A stretch of 64,000 nucleotides of DNA from Mobula hypostoma (Eukaryota). Position 1 is the stretch's first letter. Every line of letters starts with the position of its first letter. A model generated the notes under the pieces. That model saw only the letters and a list, made by a program, of their open reading frames with translations, searched no databases and was not told the origin of the DNA. The translations under genes and the position numbers were made by a program. Shown here piece after piece: positions 1-12,828 of this stretch. The DNA lies in assembly GCF_963921235.1 (NCBI RefSeq), contig NC_086097.1, forward strand, positions 35,156,001 to 35,220,000. Direction: 5' to 3'.

Positions 1-1030
1 GAAGGCAGAGGGTCATGGTGGAGGGAGTACATCCGGACTGGAGGGTTGTGACTAATGCTGTCCCACAAGGATCAGTTCTGGGACCTCTATTTTCGTGATT
101 TTTATTAACGACCTGGATGTGGGGGTAGAGGCGTGGGTTGGGAAAATTTGCAGACGACACAAAGGTTGGTGGTGTTGTAGATAGTGTAGAGGATTGTCGA
201 AGATTGCAGAGAGATATTGATAGGTTGCAGAAGTGGGCTGAGAAGTGGCAGATGGAGTTCAATCCGGAGAAGTGTGAGGTGGTACACTTTGGAAGGACAA
301 ACTCCAAGGCAGAGTACAAAGTAAATGACAGGATACTTGGTAGTGTGGAGGAGCAGAGGGATCTGGGGGTACATGTCCACAGATCCCTGAAAGTTGCTTC
401 ACAGGTAGATAGGGTAGTTAAGAAAGCTTATGTGGGGTTAGCTTTCATAAGTCGAGGGATAGAGTTTAAGAGTCATGAGGTAATGATGCAGTTCTATAAA
501 ACTCTGGTTAGGCCACACTTGGAGTACTGTGTCCATTTCTGGTCACCTCACTATAGGAAGGATGTGGAAGCATTGGAAAGGATACAGAGGAGATTTACCA
601 GAATGCACCTGGTTTAGAGAGTATCGATTATGATCAGAGATTAAGGGAGCTAGGGTTTTACTCTTTGGAGAGAAGGAGGATGAGAGGAGACATGATAGAG
701 GTGTACAAGATATTAAGAGGAATAGATAGAGTGGATAGCCAGCGCCTCTTCCCCAGGGCACCACTGCTCAATACAAGACGACATGGCTTTAAGGTAAGGG
801 GTGGGAAGTTCAAGGGGGATATTAGAGGAAGGTTTTTTACTCAGAGAGTGGTTGGTGCATGGAATGCACTGCCTGAGTCAGTAGTGGAGGCAGACACACT
901 AGTGAAATTTAAGAGAGTACTAGACAGGTATATGGAGGAATTTAAGGTGGGGGGTTATTTGGAAGGCAGGGTTTGAGGGTTGGCACAACAATGTGGGCTG
1001 AAGGGCCTGTACTGTGCTGTACTATTCTAT
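1..1030 (+). mobile_element. CR1 LINE, young subfamily: 3' part of ORF2 (RT) and 3' UTR; runs off the window start
   Basis: KFADDTK, LVRPHLEYCV, RFFTQRVVGAWNALP; frameshifted; same subfamily as 17861 and 48215 copies. Confidence 0.95.
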
Positions 1031-2404
1031 TTTATAATTAAACAGAGAGTTTAAATGTGCCACCAAAACTTCTGGTGTGGTTCATATTGGCCACTCAGTC
1101 TGGGGAAGGAAATGCATCGTGCTGCAATACTGGCACATGGCACTCATTGCAGACGACACTTCCATTCTGTGCTTTGCTTAGATAATATAAATGAAATCTT
1201 GTATTCTTCCAAGGATGTGAATAGAAAATCCCACAGCATTTGGTCAAAGACCTACTTTTAGGAAGAGTCCCAGAACATGGATGTTCTTGGTGTTAAGTAT
1301 TGTCACATGAGTGAATTTGTGTATGACATCTTTTTATTGGAACGAACACAGGGCTCATCATTGGCTGTACTTAGTAATAAGTATTATGTAATTTATGAGC
1401 TTAATAATGCACAAGAGTTTGAAGTTTAAGACTAAGAAATAATTTAGTGCACTTCCCAAATGCATGAATAATATACTGTTCTTTAAGAATGATAGAATTA
1501 GAAAAAGGTGTAAGCCTCCTGACTCTCTGAGCTTTGCCATCCATTCATCAGATCATGCCTGATCTTCAACTTCAGTCCTATTTTCGGTACTGTCCTCACA
1601 TCCCTTGATTCCTTTAGTATCTAGGTGTCACACATCTCTATTCTGAATTAATTCTATGACTTAACCTTTCAAACCCAACCACAAAATGGAGAAATTACTC
1701 CTCATTTCTATCCCAAAGTGGCCTACCCCCTACCCAGAAACTGTGACTACTGGATGTCGGAGTCAGGGTAAACATCCTCCATACATCCACCTCGTCACGC
1801 CCTTGTTAGAATTCTGTTAATTTTCCTGACACCATATCTTTCTTTATTCCCTTAACTAAGAACTCCAATGGATGAGTCAAATATGATTTCCTTTTCATAA
1901 GTCCATGCTATTTTCATAATTCTATTATTATATTGGAGGCACAAGAGATGCACTATCATGGTGCATGGTTTTGACCCAAAATAATCAACAATCCCTTTGT
2001 CTCCCCAGATGCCGTTTGACCTGCTGCATAGTTCCAGCAGTTTGCTTTTGCTCTGTTATTATATTCCGCATTATAGAGCCTAGCTTTTCTCTACTACTGA
2101 GATAGGTAACTAATCAGTCATCAATTCCCAGCTTTCCTTCTTCCTCCTTTCTTAAATAGTGAAATCAGCTTTGTTGCCTTCCAGGCTGCAAGAACCATTC
2201 CAGAATCTATAGTATTTAAAAGATGACAACTTTATAGACACTCTTCCCTAAATCCCCCTTTACAACAAAATTATTAATTAGAATTTTCTCACTGCACAGA
2301 AGGAAATACAATAGTGCCTTCTCATCAGTTTGATCTTTATCATTTTGATCTGGAAGACTATCTCACATTCCATTAATTCCTCTTCTATCTTATTATTGCT
2401 GACT

Positions 2405-2708
2405 TGAAGACAGAATATAGTATTAATGGTAAGACTCTTGGCAATGTGGAGGATCTGAGAGACCCTGGGATCCATGTCCATAGGACACTCAAAGCTGGTA
2501 GGTGCATGGGATGCACTGCCAGCAATGGTGGTGGAAGCGGATACAATAATAGGGTCTTTTAAAAGACTCTTGAATAGGTACATGCAGCTTAGAAAAATAG
2601 AGGGCTATGCAACAGGGAAATTCTAGGCAGCTTCTAGTGTAGGTTACATGGCTGACACAACATTATTGGCTGAAGGGCCTATAATGTACTGTAGATTTCT
2701 ATGTTCTT
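2405..2708 (+). mobile_element. Internally deleted CR1 3' fragment
   Basis: RT C-terminal remnant joined directly to the WDALP/3' UTR segment ending ttctatgttct. Confidence 0.7.
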
Positions 2709-2741
2709 TGATTGGATTTGTTCAGTCTGTATGTAGATTGA

Positions 2742-3170
2742 AGAATCAGAATCAGCTTTATTATTTCTGAATATCTCATGAAATTCGTTGCTTTGCAATG
2801 CAGTACATAAAATATACAATAAATTACAATAATCAATATGTATTTTTAAAATTACATAAGCAGTGCAAAAAGATAGCGAAAATAGTGAGGCAGTGTTTAT
2901 GGGTTCATTGTCCATTCAGAAATCTGATGGTGGAGGGGAAGAAACTGTTCCTGTGTGTGTGTCTCTGGGCTCCTGTGTCTCCTCTTTAATGGTAGTAATG
3001 AGAAGAGGGCATGTCCTGGGTAGTGGGAGTTCTTAGTGTTGGATGTCACCTTTTTAAGACATTGCCTTTTGAAGCCTTGATGCTGGTTGGCTGGTGTCTT
3101 AATGGAGCTGGTTGAGCTTACAACTCTCTGAAACCTTCTCCGATCCTGTGCAGTGGCACCTCCACACAAG
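2742..3170 (-). mobile_element. Rex1/Babar-type LINE 3' fragment
   Basis: agaatcagaatcag tail; HYPGHALFSLLP motif on the minus strand. Confidence 0.7.
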
Positions 3171-3299
3171 GCAACACTGTTACCTTCTATGATAACTATA
3201 TACCCCTGCTGTAAGCACCGCTAATTTCCAGATTAATACTGTGGCCAGTAGTGTTTGGTAACCTGTAGCCAACACCCACCAATACATAGCAGACCTCGT

Positions 3300-4770
3300 C
3301 GGCAGTGGATAGGTGAGTATTTTCAAGTTGCTGGATGTCAACATCTCTGAAGATCTATCCTGGCTCCAACATATTGATAGACATAGTCATAGTCATACTC
3401 TATTGATCCCGGGGGAAATTGGTATTCGTTACAGTTGCACCATAAATAATAAATAGTAGTAGAACCATAAATAGTTAAATAGTAATATGTAAATTATGCC
3501 AGTAAATTATGAAATAAGTCCAGGACCAGCCTATCGGCTCAGGGTGTCTGACCCTCCAAGGGAGGAGTTGTAAGGTTTGATGGCCACAGGCAGGAATGAC
3601 TTCCTATGACGCTCTGTGTTGCATCTCGGTGGAATGAGTCTCTGGCTGAATGTACTCCTGTGCCCACCCAGTACATTACGTAGTGGATGGGAGACATTGA
3701 CCAAGATGGCATGCAACTTAGACAGCATCCTCTTTTCAGACACCACCGTGAGCGAGTCCAGTTCCATCCCCACAACATCACTGGCCTTACGAATGAGTTT
3801 GTTGATTCTGTTGGTGTCTGCTACCCTCAGCCTGCTGCCCCAGCACACAACAGCAAACATAGCACTGGCCACCACAGACTCGTTGAACATCCTCAGCATC
3901 GTCTGGCAGATGTTAAAGGACCTCAGTCTCCTCAGGAAATAGAGACGGCTGTGACCCTTCTTGTAGACAGCCTCAGTGTTCTTTGACCAGTCCAGTTTAT
4001 TGTCAATTCGTATCCCCAGGTATTTGTAATCCTCCACCATGTCCACACTGACCCCCTGGATGGAAACAGGGGTCACCGGTACCTTAGCTCTCCTCAGGTC
4101 CACCACCAGCTCCTTAGTCTTTTTCACATTAAGCTGCAGATAATTCTGCTCACACCATGTGACAAAGTTTCCTACCGTAGCCCTGTACTCAACCTCATCC
4201 TCACGATGCAATTACAAACAAGGCACGACAGCGGCTCATTAGAAATTTGAGGACATTTGGTATGTCACCAAAGACTCTCGCAGATTTCTACAGATGTACT
4301 GTGGAGACACTGGTTCTCACTGGTTGCATCACCATCTGGTAGGGAGGAGCCACTGCACAAGATTGGAAAAAGCTGCAGAAAGTCGTAAACTCAGCCAGCT
4401 CCATTATGGGCACTAGCCTCCACAGTACTGAGGACATCTTCAAAAGACAATGCCTCAAGAAGGTGGCATCCATCGTTAAGGGCCCTTATCACCCAGAACA
4501 AACAGCTTTCTCACTGCTACCATCAAGGAGGATGATGATTCAGGAACAGCTTCTTCCCTTCCACCATCAGACTTCTGAAAGGACACTGAATCCATGAACA
4601 TTCAATATTTTTTTGCTCTCTTTTTGCACGACTTACTTTATTGAATATATATTACAGTATTTCTTATTGTAATTTACAGTTTTTTATTATTGTATATTGC
4701 AATGTACTGCTGCCATAAAACAACAAATTTCATGACCTATGCCAATGATATTGACTGTGATTCTGATTGA
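3300..4770 (+). mobile_element. Rex1/Babar-type LINE 3' fragment, interrupted by the insertion at 3379-4204
   Basis: ...gatctatcctggctccaacatattgat resumes as gatgcaattacaaacaaggca; ends in a gattctgattg tail. Confidence 0.75.
3379..4204 (-). mobile_element. Younger 5'-truncated Rex1/Babar-type LINE (RT C-terminus)
   Basis: Open 226-aa frame (LNVKKTKELVVD, YKYLG, RLYFLRRL, SFLPVAI); short repeat tail; flanked by gat/gat. Confidence 0.85.
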
Positions 4771-5365
4771 ATGTTCACTAACTTTAATATGTCACTCAGA
4801 TTTCACTTCTACGTCATAACCTGTTTCTCACAGCTGCTCTCTTCTCATCACTTATCAATGTTTGTCTCTCTTTCATAAATACTTACTGTCTTTGCTCCAA
4901 ATTTGGTCACCCGGTAGCCACGGAATAGCACTAAATTATATACATTTACTGCAAATTGTGCCATTAATTCACCTACCTCATTTTGAATGCTGTGTGCATT
5001 CCGATCTGGTACTCTTAAATTTGTCCTTTTAACATTTGCTCTCAAGATAGTAGTAAGGCTAATCATCCTTGTCATAATTTACATGCAACTGGTACAGCAA
5101 ACTTGGGCGAGGGCAGATAAACGATTAAATAAGAGCATCTGCGAGCTGCCATCTGAATCTGAAATGTGCCTTCAGGTTGTGAAAGCAACGTCTTGCTGTC
5201 TCGATCCCCAGTAAACTACATTGAGCAGACTGGTGTTGCTATACTTGCTACTGTAATTTAGAGCTGAGCTATGTAAAAACCTACTTTCAGAGCCTTAAAT
5301 CTTGAATTCAGCTTGCAAAATCTGTCAGATGTTCTTTTAAAGCTATGCCTATTACTAATTATTGG

Positions 5366-5485
5366 CACTCTTCCTTCAGTTAGTCCTGACGAAGGGTCTC
5401 GGCCTGAAACGTCGACTGCACCTCTTCCTCCAGATGCTGCTTGGCCTGCTGCGTTCACCAGCAACTTTCATGTGTGTGGCCTGAA
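5366..5485 (+). mobile_element. Short 3'-terminal fragment of a Penelope-like element
   Basis: Nearly identical to about 55901-56020 of the longer Penelope copy. Confidence 0.85.
5381..5418 (+). ncRNA. Minimal type I hammerhead ribozyme motif
   Basis: UAGUC-CUGACGA-AGG(GUCUCGG)CCU-GAAA-CG-UC^GACUG: intact core, stems I and II, palindromic ACGU stem III; predicted cut after C5413. Confidence 0.8.
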
Positions 5486-5564
5486 AATTGTGCTTGCTTT
5501 TGAAAATATGAAATTTAAAGCCATACATCTTTTACTGGAAAGTGCAGCCCGTTGCCTCAGATGA

Positions 5565-5742
5565 CTGAGAAGCCAAGTCACTATATTTAAGTCAGAGGTT
5601 CAAAAGTTTTTGATTAGCCAGGGTGTCAAAGGTTACAGGGTGAAGGCGGAAGAATGGAGTTGAGAGGGAAAATAGATCGAATGGTGAAGTGGACTAACAA
5701 TGGGCCAAATGACCTAATTCTGCTCCTATGTCTTCGGGTCTT
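5565..5742 (+). mobile_element. CR1 3' UTR fragment (older subfamily)
   Basis: Ends cctaattctgctcctatgtctt like the copies at 12638, 19350 and 38997. Confidence 0.75.
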
Positions 5743-5924
5743 ATTTATGAAGCAGTCAGGGCACAGTTGCAGGCTTGAGCTCAGACAAGCTAGTCTCAGG
5801 CTGAAATCAGAGAATGAAGTTACGGTGTCACATAGCACGGACCCTTCTATACTGTCAGCCAGTCACCAGGCCTCCATGAATCCATTTTATTCTTTGCACA
5901 TTCCCACTACTCCCCAAAGGTTCT

Positions 5925-6092
5925 ACCACTCACCTGCAAACTTGGGAGAACTTAAGGGGATCCAATTCCTTTCTAACCGTTGTGATTTTGGATTGTGAGA
6001 GAAAATGAAGCATCTAGGGAAACACACATAATTACAGGGACACCCGACAACTCAGTGGTTGGGATTGAGCTGGGGTTACTGGAGCTGTGTAG
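5925..6092 (-). mobile_element. Degraded tRNA-derived SINE
   Basis: Diverged match to the SINE at 60085-60360. Confidence 0.5.
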
Positions 6093-6440
6093 AAGGAGTG
6101 TGATCACCGAGTCAACTATAATGTTCTCCTAAGGGAGTGGCTCTTTGAAGGCTGATCCGGGATCCACACATTCCTGTGTAGTGTGGGTGAGCTGAGTGGA
6201 TCCAGACTTTACAATCCTGCCTCCTTTGCCACTTGCTGATCACCACAGGACTTAGTCCAGTATGCTAGGGCGGATTCCCTTAATGAAGAATGCCTGTGTG
6301 TGACTTTGTTTAACATGGGGAGGTTGATGCGCTTGCAGTCGCCACGTGGTCCTTGAAAGACTGAGTTCAGGGTCCAGTGGCATAGAATGCAAGATAACTG
6401 GGATCCCTTCACTGTTGCAGCCTTTGTGATGTGCCATCTC

Positions 6441-7802
6441 TGAACTAAATGACTACTACCCATTGGCACTGATGCCAATGATCATGAAGTGCTTTGAATA
6501 GCTGGTAATGGCACATATCACAAACTCGATTCCTGCCACACTGGACACTCACCAACGTTTACCAGCAGAACTGCTCTACAACAGATACCATAGCATCTGT
6601 CATGTACCTGGCCCTGACACACCTAGAAAACAAGGACACTTATGCCTGAATGCTGTTTCCGGGCTTCATTTCGGCACTCCTCGGTCTAAATACACCCTGT
6701 GCAACTGGGAGTTGGACCTCCTAACCAACACACCTCAGACAGTCAGGATGCATACTCACTCTGCCCTCCCCATCATCCATAACACCGGTGCTCCCCTGGG
6801 CTGTGTGCTTGAGCCCAGACACCCGAGTGATCACATTGTCAAGTTCGACGATGACGCAACAATAGTGGGGCCCATCACCAACGATGATGAGAAAGCCTCC
6901 AGAGAGGAGGTGGAAGAGCTTGAGGCCTGGTGCCAGGCAAATAACCTCATCCTTAATGTCAACAAAGCAAAGGAGATGGTTATCATCTTCAGGAAAACTC
7001 ACATCACTCACACTCATCTTTCCACCTGTGGCACAGCAGGAGAAACTGCGAGCAGTTACGAACTCCTGGGAGTGCACATCTCACAGAACTTCTCACGGTC
7101 TCAGACCACATCCTCCACCATCAAGAAAGCTCACCGACGCCTCTACTTCCTGAGGAGGCTGAAGGGAGCTGGACTATGCACATCAATACTCACAGACGCA
7201 CAGCAGAGAGCATGCTGATATGCTGCATCACCGCATGCTGTAGAAACTGCACTGTGGCAGAGAGGAAGGCTCGACAAGGGATAGCCGAAACTGCCCAACG
7301 CATCACCTGCTCCAGCTTACCCACCATCAAGGGCATGGATACAGAAGGGAGCCAGAAAAATGCCTGCCGTATCATGAAGGAACCTACCCATCCTGCTCGT
7401 GAACTGTTTGTCCCACTCCTATCAGGGAGGATGCTACATTGCATCCACACCAGGACCACTAGACTTAAAAACAGTTACTTTCCCGAAGCAGTAAGACTGA
7501 TCAATACCTCCACCAATAACAACCCCACCACACCCACCCAGTAACAACCCTACCACCACTACTTCATCATTTCCTGTTAGAATCACCTTATGCACAAACA
7601 CTCCTGTGCCTAGCGTCACTTTACGTACATACAATCAATCAATGAATATAAGCTATCTTACGTACTTACATTTATTGTGTTTTTTTAAAATCATGTTATT
7701 CTGTTTTTTTTTTGTCCTGCATTAGATCAGGAGTAACAATTATTTTGCTCTCCTTTACACTTGTGTACTGGAAATGACATTGAACAACCTGAGATCTTGA
7801 AT
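6441..7802 (+). mobile_element. Rex1/Babar-type LINE (RT half), inserted in an unclassified repeat (about 6200-6440 + 7803-7870)
   Basis: GAPLGCVL, KFDDDAT, RLYFLRRL, RLKNSYFPEAVRL; the host halves are contiguous in the related copy at 21600-21945. Confidence 0.8.
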
Positions 7803-8879
7803 CATCTTCTGGTTGGATCACTCTTTGTCTGGAATCTCCCCCTTGACCTTTCTGCTGTGACACCCTGAGGTAAAATGTAACTACTCAGAGGCACAGAGTA
7901 GAAAGTGAAATTCCATTTACCGACACAGCCGCCTTTTTCACAAATTGTCACAATGGTTTCGAATCTGGAGTCAAGAACAACATATCTAAATTTCTGCATG
8001 ACATCATAATGGAGAGGGCTGGGGAAACAGCCAGTACAGAGGAAGGCTGCAATAAGTTAAAAGATAACTTGTTCTCAGATAATTAGCTGAGAGAATTGCT
8101 GTATAATTAGTAAATGAGATCCAAAGCAGAGCCGATTACACTTTGTGACAAGAAAATGTCACTAAGGACCAACGGAATAAAGGGATCTTGAAGAATCAAT
8201 AATTTACTCCCCACAGGTTGGCATGCAAAATAGGAAACCAAGCACTGGTTTATTTCTAGAGGGAGCAATTTGAAAAAGAGAAAACTTGTGCAAAACATGT
8301 CAAAACTTGGTAGAACTTCACTTGGAGAAATAATAAAAAAGCATATTTAATAATAAACATCACACAAATCAGTTGCCAAGTTTCCTACTTTTCAATACTC
8401 GGTCCATTTTGATAAAACAATTTAATTAGCTATTAAGCACTTTGGGAGATGGTGATGTTGTTAAATGTACTCATTACTACCTCAGTGCAAAGATGAACCA
8501 CTGTCAGCTTTATTCCTGTCAGTACATCTACAAACTGTGGAACAAGAGTCCACGTAGCAAGAAGGATTCTAAAAGGTTTGATTTTTTAGGATCAATCTTG
8601 TATAAAGTTATCACCAAATTACCTGGCAATTAGAGAAAGTTATAATTAGAGATGGTTACAAATCGACAGTAGCTCATGAGCTTTCCTCGAGCAGTACTAG
8701 CCCACATGCTGCTTGTTTAGATTGGATCTGGGGTTGTAGGCTACATTTTATTCATTGGGAAAGAGTTCCTGTTGTGATGATGCTACAGTAAACCATTACA
8801 GTAACCATATGCATTCTGCTGTTGGCTGATCATTAATAAAGGGAAAGTAACTCATGAAGAACTGCTAATATGAGAGTGT

Positions 8880-9715
8880 CTGCCAATGCTGAAAATCCAG
8901 GGCAACACACACACCTAATGCTGGAGGAACTGAGCAGGTCAGGCATTCATCTGTGGAAATGAATAAACAGTCGACATTTCGGGCCACTACCCCTCTTCAG
9001 GACTGAAAAGGAAGGGGGAAGGCGTCAGAGTAAAACGTGGGGGGGAGTGGAAGGAGGCTTGCTGGAAGGTGACAGGTGAAGCCAGGTGGGTGGGAAAGGT
9101 AAAGGGCTGGAGAAGAAGGAATCTGATAGGAGAGGAAGGTGGACCATAGGAGAAAGGGAAGGAGGAGGGGATGCAGTGGGAAGTGACAGGATAAGAAGGG
9201 ATAAAAAAGCCAGAGTGGAGTATAGAAGAAGATGGAAGGGGGAGGGAAACATTTTTTAAATTGGAAGGAGAAATTGATATTCATGCAATCACGTTGGAGG
9301 CTACCAAGACGGAATATAAGGTGTTGCTCCCTATCCTGAGGGTGGCCTCCTCGTGGCAGAAGTAAAGGCTCTGGACCGACATGTCAGAATGGGAATGGGA
9401 ATTGGAATTAAAATGTTTGGCCACTGGGAAGTTCCACTTTTGGCGGATGGAGCAGAGTGCTCGACGAAGCGGTCTCCCCGTCTATGACGGGTCTCACCAA
9501 TGTAGAGGAAGCTGCACTGGGAGCTCTGGACACTATAGTCAACCCTAGCAGATCGGCAGGTGAAGTGTTGCCTCACCGGGGAGGACTGTTTGGGGCCCTG
9601 AATGGTGGTAAGGGAGGTGTACCGGCAGGTGTAGCACATAGGCTGCTTGCAGGGATAAGTGCCAGGAAGGAGATTATTGGAGAGGGATGAATGGACAAGG
9701 GGATCGCCGAGGGAG
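8880..9715 (-). mobile_element. Degraded Penelope-like retroelement (GIY-YIG region and 3' UTR)
   Basis: FLYIGETRHRRGDRFVEH on the minus strand; reverse-complement similarity to 55140-56040. Confidence 0.85.
8968..9005 (-). ncRNA. Minimal hammerhead ribozyme motif
   Basis: CAGUC-CUGAAGA-GGG(GUAGUGG)CCC-GAAA-UG-UC^GACUG; perfect 5-bp stem I; ACGU changed to AUGU (CpG decay). Confidence 0.72.
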
Positions 9716-9874
9716 GTTAAGATATGTCCGCCTAGTTTACCACAGGTAGTTCAGGAAAAGTTTTATTCACTCAGATAGTTCCAGATTACATGTCATAAAA
9801 TATTTTGGATGTTACTAATTTAACCTGGTAGAGTATAAATCAATAATATGTTGGAAACTCTTGTTTGGATTGCT

Positions 9875-10510
9875 TAATTGGTTTCTTATTGTCATGTGTA
9901 CTGAGATACAGCATTGCACACTTTCATTACAGATGAATTCATTACAACAGTGCAGTGAGGTAATGAATCAATAACAGGATGCAGAATAATGTATAACAAT
10001 TACAGTGAAAGTGCAGTGCAGCTCAATCTTAAGGTGCAGGCCATGAAGAGATAGATTGTGAGGTCAAGCATCCAATTTATCTTACCAGGGAATTGTTCAA
10101 TGCTTAGAAAAGTGAAATGGACGCCGTCCCTGAGCCTGGTGGTACGTGTGCTTGGGTTTTTGTACGATGGGAGATGGCAGGGGGGAGAAGAGAGGATGTC
10201 TGGGGTGGGTGGGGTCTCTGATTATTTATTAAAGCAGTGAGAAGTGTAGACAGATTCCGTGGAGGGAAGGCTGGTTTCTGTGATGTGCTGAGCCGTGTCC
10301 ACAACTCTTTGTAGTTTCTTGTGGTCACAGGCAGAGGGTTTGAGACGATGCATTTGGATAGGAAGCTTTCTACGGTGCTTTGATAAAAAAAAATGGTGAG
10401 TTTCAAAGCGTAATTTCAAATTTCAAATTTTTTTTAGCCTTCTGAAGAAGTAATTGGGAGCCTTCTTAGCCGTGGCTTCAAAGTGACGTTCACACCTAGG
10501 AACATGAAGC
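9875..10510 (-). mobile_element. Degraded Rex1/Babar-type LINE 3' fragment
   Basis: KKLQRVVDTAQHIT motif on the minus strand. Confidence 0.65.
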
Positions 10511-10664
10511 TCTTAATAATTATGTTAATGCAAGGGTGCTGCAGAAAATACTTAAATAAATATTAATAGTAGACGATTATCTTAAATGTAGCTAAACAAA
10601 GCATTGAAGAATGGCACAAAGTATTACCCTATCCTGATTTGTAATTCTTTTCTTACATTTATAG

Positions 10665-10788
10665 AAACAAGTTTTTTACTTGGAAATGCTCAGATTGTAG
10701 ACTGGCCAGTAGTCTACAGTAATGATGGATTTTGCAAGTTGTCGGGATACCATCGGGCTGAAGTAATGCAGAAAAGCAGCACTTGCAG
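10665..10788 (+). CDS. KCNH5: KCNH5 (EAG2/Kv10.2) internal coding exon (exon 2 equivalent), PAS domain
   Basis: Translates (E)[40 protein letters not shown](S). Polypyrimidine tract and AG at 10663-10664, GT donor at 10789 (AG|gtaaac). 124 bp, phase 1 to 2. SFLL and WPVV favour KCNH5 over KCNH1 (NFVL, WPIV), from recalled sequences. Confidence 0.93.
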
Positions 10789-12261
10789 GTAAACTAAAGG
10801 TTTCATTCTTATTGTGGTGTGACTGCACAAACGCTCAGTGGTGAGTATGATGCTTAGTGTCACGTGACTCACGTTGCGTTTAATGAAAGAGAATGGCGGG
10901 CTAAAGAATAACTCAGAGTGGCCCAGAATGGATCTGAGTCCGCTCATCTTGTGCCACGAAGGAACTGTTTAATGGCTCTTCTGCTGCTTCCAGCCTCTTG
11001 CTCATCCCTCTTCCCTCCCCATCACTGTATAGTGACTTGGCTATGCCAAATAAGCCAGAATCAGAATTATCATTACTGACACATGATGTGAAATTTGCTG
11101 TTTTGCAGCAACAGTACAGTACAAAATGGAAACATCTGAAAAGGATTGACAGTCATTGAATGGTTTATTGTACATAATTTTATTTTTGAATGAAGTATAT
11201 TTTGTTAAAAACAGTACAGTGCAAAGATATAAAAATCTATAAACTACAAAATAAATAAATAGTGGGAAACAAAAGGAGTAACAAGGTGCTGTTCAAGGAT
11301 TCATGGACCATTTAGAAAGCTGATGGCGGGGGAAGAATCTGAATCACTGAGTTTGCGTCTTCAGGCTCTGGTACCTCCTCCCTGATATCATGGTTGAGTA
11401 AAGATATTATTGTATTTCATTGGTGATCTGGTGTGAAAATTGTCGCCTACATTAAAGGCCTCAGATGATACATTGAACTGTACATATGACACATTATGAT
11501 TTCATTGCAACCACCTGAAAATGAAACAGCAGACCATTATAGTTGTTTATGAGCAAATAAGAGCAGGGAGACTCCTTTGATACATTTTTCGTGGAGTGGA
11601 GATTATAAATTTTGAATTGGTTTATTATTGTCATGTTTATCGAGGTACAGTGGAAAAACTTGTTTTGTGTGCTATCCATCCAGATTTCATTACAGCTGGG
11701 TAATGAGGTAGTATAAGGGAAAACTGTACCAGTGCGGAGAACAAAGTGCTACAGTTACCGAGACAGTGTTGTGCTGGTAGACAGATAACATCCAAGGCTA
11801 TAACAAGGTGGACTGTGAGCTCAAAAGTCCATCTTATACTGTTAGCCGATAACTGAAATTCTGCAGATTTGAAACACTCACTCATGGGAAATAGTTTATT
11901 TAAGGAATTGAATAAGGTAAAGGATACTCCAGTCAAGCTCTGAAAATCTTCTATCCCATTGTTTGGAAATCCTGATGGTTCAGTATCTCATTCACCAGGT
12001 ATTCTCTTTAAGTTCACTGAGGTCTCAGTTCCCAGACCCCTTTAAGCATGCTGGTGCCCAATTTCTCAGACTCTAACCCAGAGGAGTTTTTATCCTGCAC
12101 TCCACTTAAACTTGTAAGACATTTTTCCCTCATACTGTATGCCTTTTAAACTCTCTCAGCCCATTTTTCTCAGGCTTTCTTTAATGGGTGCTGTTTCCCA
12201 CCCATCTTTAAATCCACCCTATTCACTAGAAAATTAATTACACTACCACGGAGCATCCTTA

Positions 12262-12365
<104 letters not shown>

Positions 12366-12637
12366 ATTTGTTGGAGTACTAACAAACCAGAAAATCTGCC
12401 AGCCCAGCACTGCCAAAATCCTGAAGGTGCCAGATAATTAGTCTTATTGAGATAGAAGTAACTATAAAAGTGAATATCGACATGCAAATTTTCGGAGCTG
12501 TCCAGAACTGAGCCAAGTCAGAAATGTTGGATAGCTGTTGTATATTTAATATTTCAGCAATATTTGAATGGTATTATAAAAGTGTTGTAGATTAAGCATT
12601 CTTTATTTGTTTAAATAATTCATTATGGGTTATTTGT

Positions 12638-12828
12638 GAAGCCAGGCCTTTATGCATATTTAAGGCAGAGGCTGATAGATTATTGAGTGGTCAGGACATG
12701 AAGGGATATGGTGGGGGAGGAGGCAGGAGATTGGAGCTGAGAAGAAAAATGGATCAGCCATGATGAAATGGCGGAGCAGATTCGATGGGGCAAATGGCCT
12801 AATTCCGCTCCTCTATCTTATGGTCTTC
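12638..12828 (+). mobile_element. CR1 3' fragment inserted in the Gypsy 5' LTR
   Basis: Absent from the 3' LTR; CR1 tail cctaattccgctcctctatcttatgg. Confidence 0.8.

Noticed and set aside
1950..2050. Further hammerhead motifs in old Penelope-like tails (also about 46290-46380 and 58630-58700)
   Set aside because: The tails are recognisable but the catalytic core is decayed or missing
10604..10792. 62-aa ORF as a stand-alone gene
   Set aside because: It is KCNH5 exon 2 plus intronic read-through; the splice sites define the real bounds
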